Assembly (NCBI GenBank): GCA_002269645.1
Contig: NIVC01000842.1
Span: forward strand, 25,837-89,836
DNA from: Macrostomum lignano
Lineage: Eukaryota
DNA: 64,000 nt
Direction: 5' to 3'
Part shown: piece after piece, positions 59,001-64,000 of the stretch
How positions within the stretch are numbered: the stretch's first letter is position 1
How the letters are laid out: the number at the start of each line of letters is the position of its first letter
Position numbers and translations under genes: made by a program
The notes under the pieces: generated by a model
Databases searched by the model: none
Seen by the model: the letters and a program-made list of their open reading frames with translations, nothing else
Told to the model about the DNA's origin: nothing

Positions 59001-61699
59001 AGAAGACAGTGAGATTCTGGTAGAAGATAGTGAGATTCAGGTAGAAGACAGTGAGATTCTGGTAGAAGATAGTGAGATTCAGGTAGAAGACAGTGAGATT
59101 CAGGTAGAAGACAGTGAGAATTAGATAGAAGACAGAGATTTAGGTAGAAAACTTATTTGGATAGAAAACAGTGAGATTTAGATAGAAAACAATGAGATTT
59201 ATGTAGAAGACAGTGGGATTTAGGTAGATCACAGTGGGATTTAGGTAGAAGACAGTGGGATTTAGGTAGAAGACAGTGAGATTTAGGTAGATCACAGTGG
59301 GATTTAGGTAGATCACAGTGGGGTTTAGGTAGAAGACAGTGGGATTTAGGTAGAAGACAGTTGCATTTAGGTAAACACGTTAATTTTTTTCATGTATAGA
59401 GAGGGAGAGAGAAAATTTTGAACCACCAATTCGCAGGCGCTAACTCCGGGCGGAGCCGCCGAGCGCGATGGTCGCATCAAGGTGTGCGATCAGATCGTTG
59501 AGGTGGACGGCGTCAGCCTGGTCGGCGTGAGCCAAGCATTCGCCGCGGAAGTGTTGAAAGCTACGAGGGGCACCGTGCACTTCGTCATGGGCCGGGTTAT
59601 CGATCCGGACACGTCTGATATTCATAAGCTCATTCGGCGAAGCCTGGACGACCGCGGCTCGAGTGCCACTGATGGCCAGCAGCAGGGTCAGCAACAGCAG
59701 CAGCAGCAGCAGCAGCAGCAACAGCAGGAGCAGCAAAATCAGCAGTTTCTGGATAAAATGCGAGGCGAATTGTAAGCATAATGGAACTGCGATGCTCTGT
59801 CAAAATGAGATAATTGAGGAAGAGTGAAAATGAAAGGCTGGTGTAGAGTGACAATGAGAGGCGAGTGATTCTCAGAGTGACAATGAGTGGCAAGTCATTC
59901 AGAGTGACAATGAGAGGCGAGTGATTCAGAGTGACAATGAGAGGCAAGTCATTCAGAGTGACAATGAGAGGCAAGTCATTCAGAGTGACAATGAGAGGCA
60001 AGTCATTCAGAGTGACAATGAGAGGTGAGTCATTCAGAGTGACAATGAGAGGTGAGTCATTCAGAGTGACAATGAGAGGTGAGTCATTTAGAGTGACAAT
60101 GAGAGGCAAGTCATTCAGAGTGACAATGAGAGGTGAGTCATTCAGAGTGACAATGAGAGGCAAGTCATTCAGAGTGACAATGAGAGGTGAGTCATTCAGA
60201 GTGACAATGAGAGGCGAGTGATTCAGAGTGACAATGAGAGGCGAGTGATTTAGAGTGACAATGATAAAACCAGCACCCCACTCGATCCCTAACCGTTTCT
60301 CAGGCAGGACCGTCTGCGCCAGAGCTCCGAAGCGCTTCAAGAAGGCCGCTCGGAGCTGAACGTAAACGTGTCGAACCATTCGCAAGATTCTACAGACTCT
60401 ATTCAACATCAGCGTCCAGCGTCCCCGTCTCCGCCGGCTCCATCGCCTCCGCCGGAGTCTCCTCCATCATTCCTAGTAACGGAAACTTATCAGCAACCGC
60501 AGCAGGAATCGCCCGAGTTAGCTGAAGCTCTTCGCGAAATTGTCGAACTCCGTCGCCAGCTGGAAGCCGAACGGGACCGCTCGGCCCAGCTGCAGCGTCA
60601 GGCTGAAGAATCCGCCCGATTACGACGCGAAGCGGAGGCGGCCCAATCCGAGGCGGAGAAAAAGTATCGCAAAGCGAAACGGCTGCTACGCGAAGCGATG
60701 GACGAGCGGGACAGCGCTAAAACGCAGCTGAAAGAACGCGAGCTCTACGTCGACGAAGTGCTGCGTCGGGTTAGTCAGCAACAGCAGCAGCAGCAACAGT
60801 CGGCTCAGCAGGGCGACGCTGAGCTGTACTCTGACCCGCACATCGCCGCCCTGACCGATCGGGCCCAGCTGGCCGCTCACGGCAGTTTAAGCAAACGCCG
60901 GCCGCCTTCCAATCAATTGAAATTGTTGAAATCTGGCGAGCTAGTAGCCGACGACGGCGCTCAAGACGACAACGGAGCTGGTAGCAGCGATGATGATGAG
61001 GAGAATGGCAGCAACGCTGATCGGTGGGCTGCCTCGGCTTCGGCCACTGACACTGGGACGGTTCTGCGCAGGCCTGCTGCTGCTGCTGCTGGTGCTGCTA
61101 GTGGCGGCGGTAAAGCTACGCAACCTTCGCTACCGCCTCAGACTCAGCAGTACCGCCCTAATCCGATTGCTGCCGCAGCTGCCGCGGCCGCTTCATCAAA
61201 GTCTTCCTCTGGTAGCAGCAGCGGCGGCGTCATGCTAATCTCTGCTCGTCGATTTGGCGACGACGATGGAGTCGGTGGCTTCGGCGGCGGTGGCGGCGGT
61301 GCTGCCGGTGGAGACCTTCCAAGTGCGCTAGACGAATTCGACGACGAAGCTGGCACCAGCGGCTCCTACGATGTGTCCTCTTCGTCGGCTGCCGCGGCGT
61401 CTGTCGCTCTGCCAGAAGGTGGCGTCGCCGCGTTGGATGCGGAACCGCTGGCTGCTTGGCTGCGAGCCAACGGCCTTCATCAGTTGGCCTCAAGTGCTTT
61501 GGAACGCGGCGTCACCGGTCGTAGCTTGGTTGCCATGGACGCGTCGGCGTTGAAGCAACAACTAAGCGCGTCGAAATCCGATCAGCGACTTTTAAAGACA
61601 GTGCTGCGCGAGGCCGAACGTCGACGATCTCGCAGTGGCGGCGGCGGCGGTGGCGGCAGCCGAGGAATCAAAAAGGTGTTCAACTTCAGGAACAATTGA
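47886..61699 (+). CDS. Neurabin/spinophilin (PPP1R9-family)-like scaffold: actin-binding N-terminus, PP1-binding motif, PDZ, coiled coil, SAM; 7 exons
   Basis: Exons 47886-48245, 52960-53312, 55230-55349, 56268-56507, 57960-58461, 59437-59771, 60304-61699 with consistent phases. Motifs: [16 protein letters not shown] (RVxF-type), [51 protein letters not shown]|[30 protein letters not shown], and a SAM-like [10 protein letters not shown]. Confidence 0.92.
48318..48720. repeat. About 20-bp C-rich minisatellite (cctccgttccgcccctaaat)n
   Basis: Directly visible; neurabin-like intron 1. Confidence 0.92.
50465..51720. repeat. 24-bp minisatellite (gagggagctgatagagagggtaaa)n, left arm of an inverted pair
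   Basis: Directly visible; reverse complement of 52095-52925. Confidence 0.96.
52095..52925. repeat. 24-bp minisatellite (ctctttaccctctctatcagctcc)n, right arm of an inverted pair
   Basis: Shares an identical, about 110-bp irregular marker with the left arm, in inverted orientation. Confidence 0.96.
53047..53103 (+). repeat. Coding (CAG/CAA)19 polyglutamine tract
   Basis: In neurabin-like exon 2; further polyQ runs near 48058, 59700 and 60780. Confidence 0.9.
53800..55040. repeat. 20-23 bp minisatellite (gattacactaaaccacaata / +ggga)n
   Basis: Directly visible; the marker gggaatcatacaaaaccacgat recurs at 54351 and 54792. Confidence 0.95.
55767..56073. mobile_element. Small MITE-like inverted-repeat element
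   Basis: ctactttcagttcagtagcaag (55767) and cttactactgaactgaaagtag (ends 56073) match 21/22 as an inverted repeat; no clear TSD. Confidence 0.45.
56535..57800. repeat. 47-bp minisatellite (gcattgattgatgactcatcggaacttgtgtctcatgtgaggttata)n
   Basis: About 27 units filling most of neurabin-like intron 4. Confidence 0.96.
58630..59370. repeat. 21-bp minisatellite (gtagaagacagtgagattctg)n
   Basis: Directly visible in intron 5; contains an internal block duplication of about 267 bp. Confidence 0.94.
59840..60265. repeat. 27-bp minisatellite (cagagtgacaatgagaggcaagtcatt)n
   Basis: Directly visible in intron 6; explains the VTMRGKSFR-periodic ORF. Confidence 0.95.
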
Positions 61700-63874
61700 T
61701 CGCTATATTTGCCAAAGCTTAAGTATCATACGGATCTTTAGTACACTGAATTGTTAATGTTATATATTAATAATTGTGGATGATTAACTATATATATTTA
61801 TGACAAAAATCGTATTAAGTTTGTTACACGTGCATGCAGTGTATGAACAACGTATTCCCTCTTTGTAACTTATTTTTTTATTCTTTTGCTTAATTTCGAA
61901 TACTACTAACAGTACGTTTTCTCCAACGAAATGTTTGAATTCTTGTATATTTATATTCTCGCGCGACTCGTGTCTCTCCCTCGCCGGTATGAAATTAAAT
62001 TACATTAGCCAGCTTCAATAATTTAACCAATAATAATTGTGCACAATTTTTTTAAAGTTGTGTCGAACCATTTTAAAAAGAATTGTTTTGTTCACTAAGC
62101 GCTTGTTTCAACTCTATCATTTGCATGGAGTTTATTTATATCGCTACAGAATTAGCTAGTAAATCGCGATGACTTATTAATTATTGACAACTTATATGTT
62201 TGTTTAACATAATAGTGCTTTCTCACCAACAACCGTGTGCTTCTATTTAGTCTGGCTAGATTGAAATAAAATCAGTTATAATCTTTCTCATATTTTGGGT
62301 TAATTAACTGAACTGTAAATGACGATAGTGATTATATTCTTATTTATTAGTAAACAATAGTAACTACATTAGTGAAGAACATTTTATTGTACTTTATTTT
62401 TTGTTTAAAATTTATCTAGACTTGTGTTTACCTTCCATTCCTCGAACAGTAACTGGATTGACTGTAATTAAACGAATTCCATATTTTCTATTTATTAAAA
62501 TATTGTATAGCAACTAAAATATTCTATGTTGAAATTTCTCTATAGTAGGCATCAAAATTTTCAAGTTGATAAATCCAAGTCATGTTTCGCTGACTCTGAT
62601 TCCAATTGTTTAATAATGTCATCAATTGTAGTTTTAACCAGTTTATGAAAAATTAATTCCAATAAAAGATACAAAATTCCGACAGAATTCGGTGTAACAA
62701 TTTGCTCACTTCTCACATTTTTCTCATGTTTTTCATTCTCTCTGCATGTGTTTTTTTCTCATTGTTTACTCAGCACCAGCAGGGTTTTTTCAAATCCCTT
62801 CCGATATTGTGTATATTTTGTAGGGTTAAGTTGGCGTTTCTACTTTATGCACTATTTGTAGTTAATTAGGACTGGCAATTAACTAATTCAAGTATTTCAT
62901 GGGGCTGTTCCGTTTTCACTCGTACTAATATTTCCTTTATATTATTGTATCTTAATATCCCGCCTTAAATTGGTTTGAACAAAAAATTTCGCAAACTATT
63001 TTTTACGACAAATAAAAAACCACGCCAGAAGTTGATTATTAAGCTCCTAGACATGACAAATTATGATTTTTTTAAATATTGAATATTTTCTATCTCGCAT
63101 GGAATCTTTAACTTAAAATCAGATGAGTTTTTTCTTTGCTTGTTTTTGTTGTTTTTTATATAAAAAAAACAGGTATTGTAATTCAGATTTGCAGCCAATT
63201 GTTTCAGCACCTCTAATTTAATGAGATCTGCTATCGTGATCTGCGCACATCTGAACTTTATTAATGCCAATTATGCATGAATCCGTTTATATTGATTATT
63301 GGTGCAACACGCCAATACTGTAGAAGGATTTTTGTCATTTTACAGTAGTTGAAATGCTTCTTGCTTCTTGTGTGCGAATAGGCTGCTTATAACTATGTTA
63401 TAAGCCTTTTTGTTGCTGTAATTCCTTATTTTATTATATTATTTAATTAGGCTTAAATTATATATTTTTGTTTTCTTTTCCTTTGTTAAATTCCAGACAG
63501 CGATCTATAATAAAATTGTTATATATGCATATTTATTATTCTTTAAATACGAACATAAATATACATATATTAATTTTTATAATCTACACACCATTTCGCA
63601 ATCAAAGTGTGCTTAATATGAATTCTTAATTGACTGAGCTATTTATCTCTGTTGGATCTTAGCTTAATTTAACGTTACAATATGTTATTATAGGTAATTA
63701 CAACCTAAATTCAAAAAGTAAATGTAACACTATACTAAAGACCTCGTAGAAATCAGGTAATTATATTCATCACTTGGAAGTGTCTAGGGCTTGGAACTTG
63801 GTATGTACATAGTACATTAAAATCACAATGTGAGGTGAAGTTCTAACAATAATACTCTACTATGCAAGGAGCAC

Positions 63875-64000
63875 GGGGGCCGTTAGCCCAGCGGTCTAGC
63901 GCAGGCTCTGGTGTCCAGCGACCCTAGGCTCGATTCCAAGTGCAGTCACATTAATTTGGGGCTGAATTGGAATCTCGGCTTGGCTCTGCTCGTGCAATTA
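63875..64000 (+). mobile_element. SINE type A copy (5' head; runs off the window)
   Basis: gggggccgttagcccagcgg..ggctcgattccaagtgcagtcacattaatttggggctg matches the head of 21888-22248. Confidence 0.9.

Noticed and set aside
59630-60409. 259-aa minus-strand ORF and 96-aa plus-strand ORF
   Set aside because: 27-bp intronic repeat plus the antisense of neurabin-like exons.

Overview
Eukaryotic (animal) genomic DNA with GC-rich exons, GT-AG introns and roughly 19 kb (about 30%) of 19-47 bp minisatellite arrays. The style resembles a free-living flatworm such as Macrostomum; this is inference only. I assembled five spliced genes by hand with consistent intron phases. (1) A very divergent innexin on - (exons 4146-3840 and 711 to the window edge). 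(2) A 27-exon gene on - (34044-16958, about 1,900 aa, start exon not found) that appears to join an ERICH3-type DUF4590 N-terminus, four PLAT/LH2 domains and an LRRC73-like LRR domain. (3) Proteasome subunit PSMD8/Rpn12 on +. (4) RPL4 on +. (5) A neurabin/spinophilin-like gene on + (PDZ, coiled coil, SAM). Mobile DNA includes three tRNA-headed SINE types (one CORE-like), a hAT-like element carrying a 4.3-kb satellite, an internally deleted Tc1-like element, other TIR elements and probable Penelope-like relics. Best leads: the DUF4590-PLAT-LRR fusion with candidate internal promoters, a cluster of RFX X-boxes inside the innexin coding exon, and an inverted satellite duplication in the neurabin intron. 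All homology calls come from motif recognition and memory; no database search was run.
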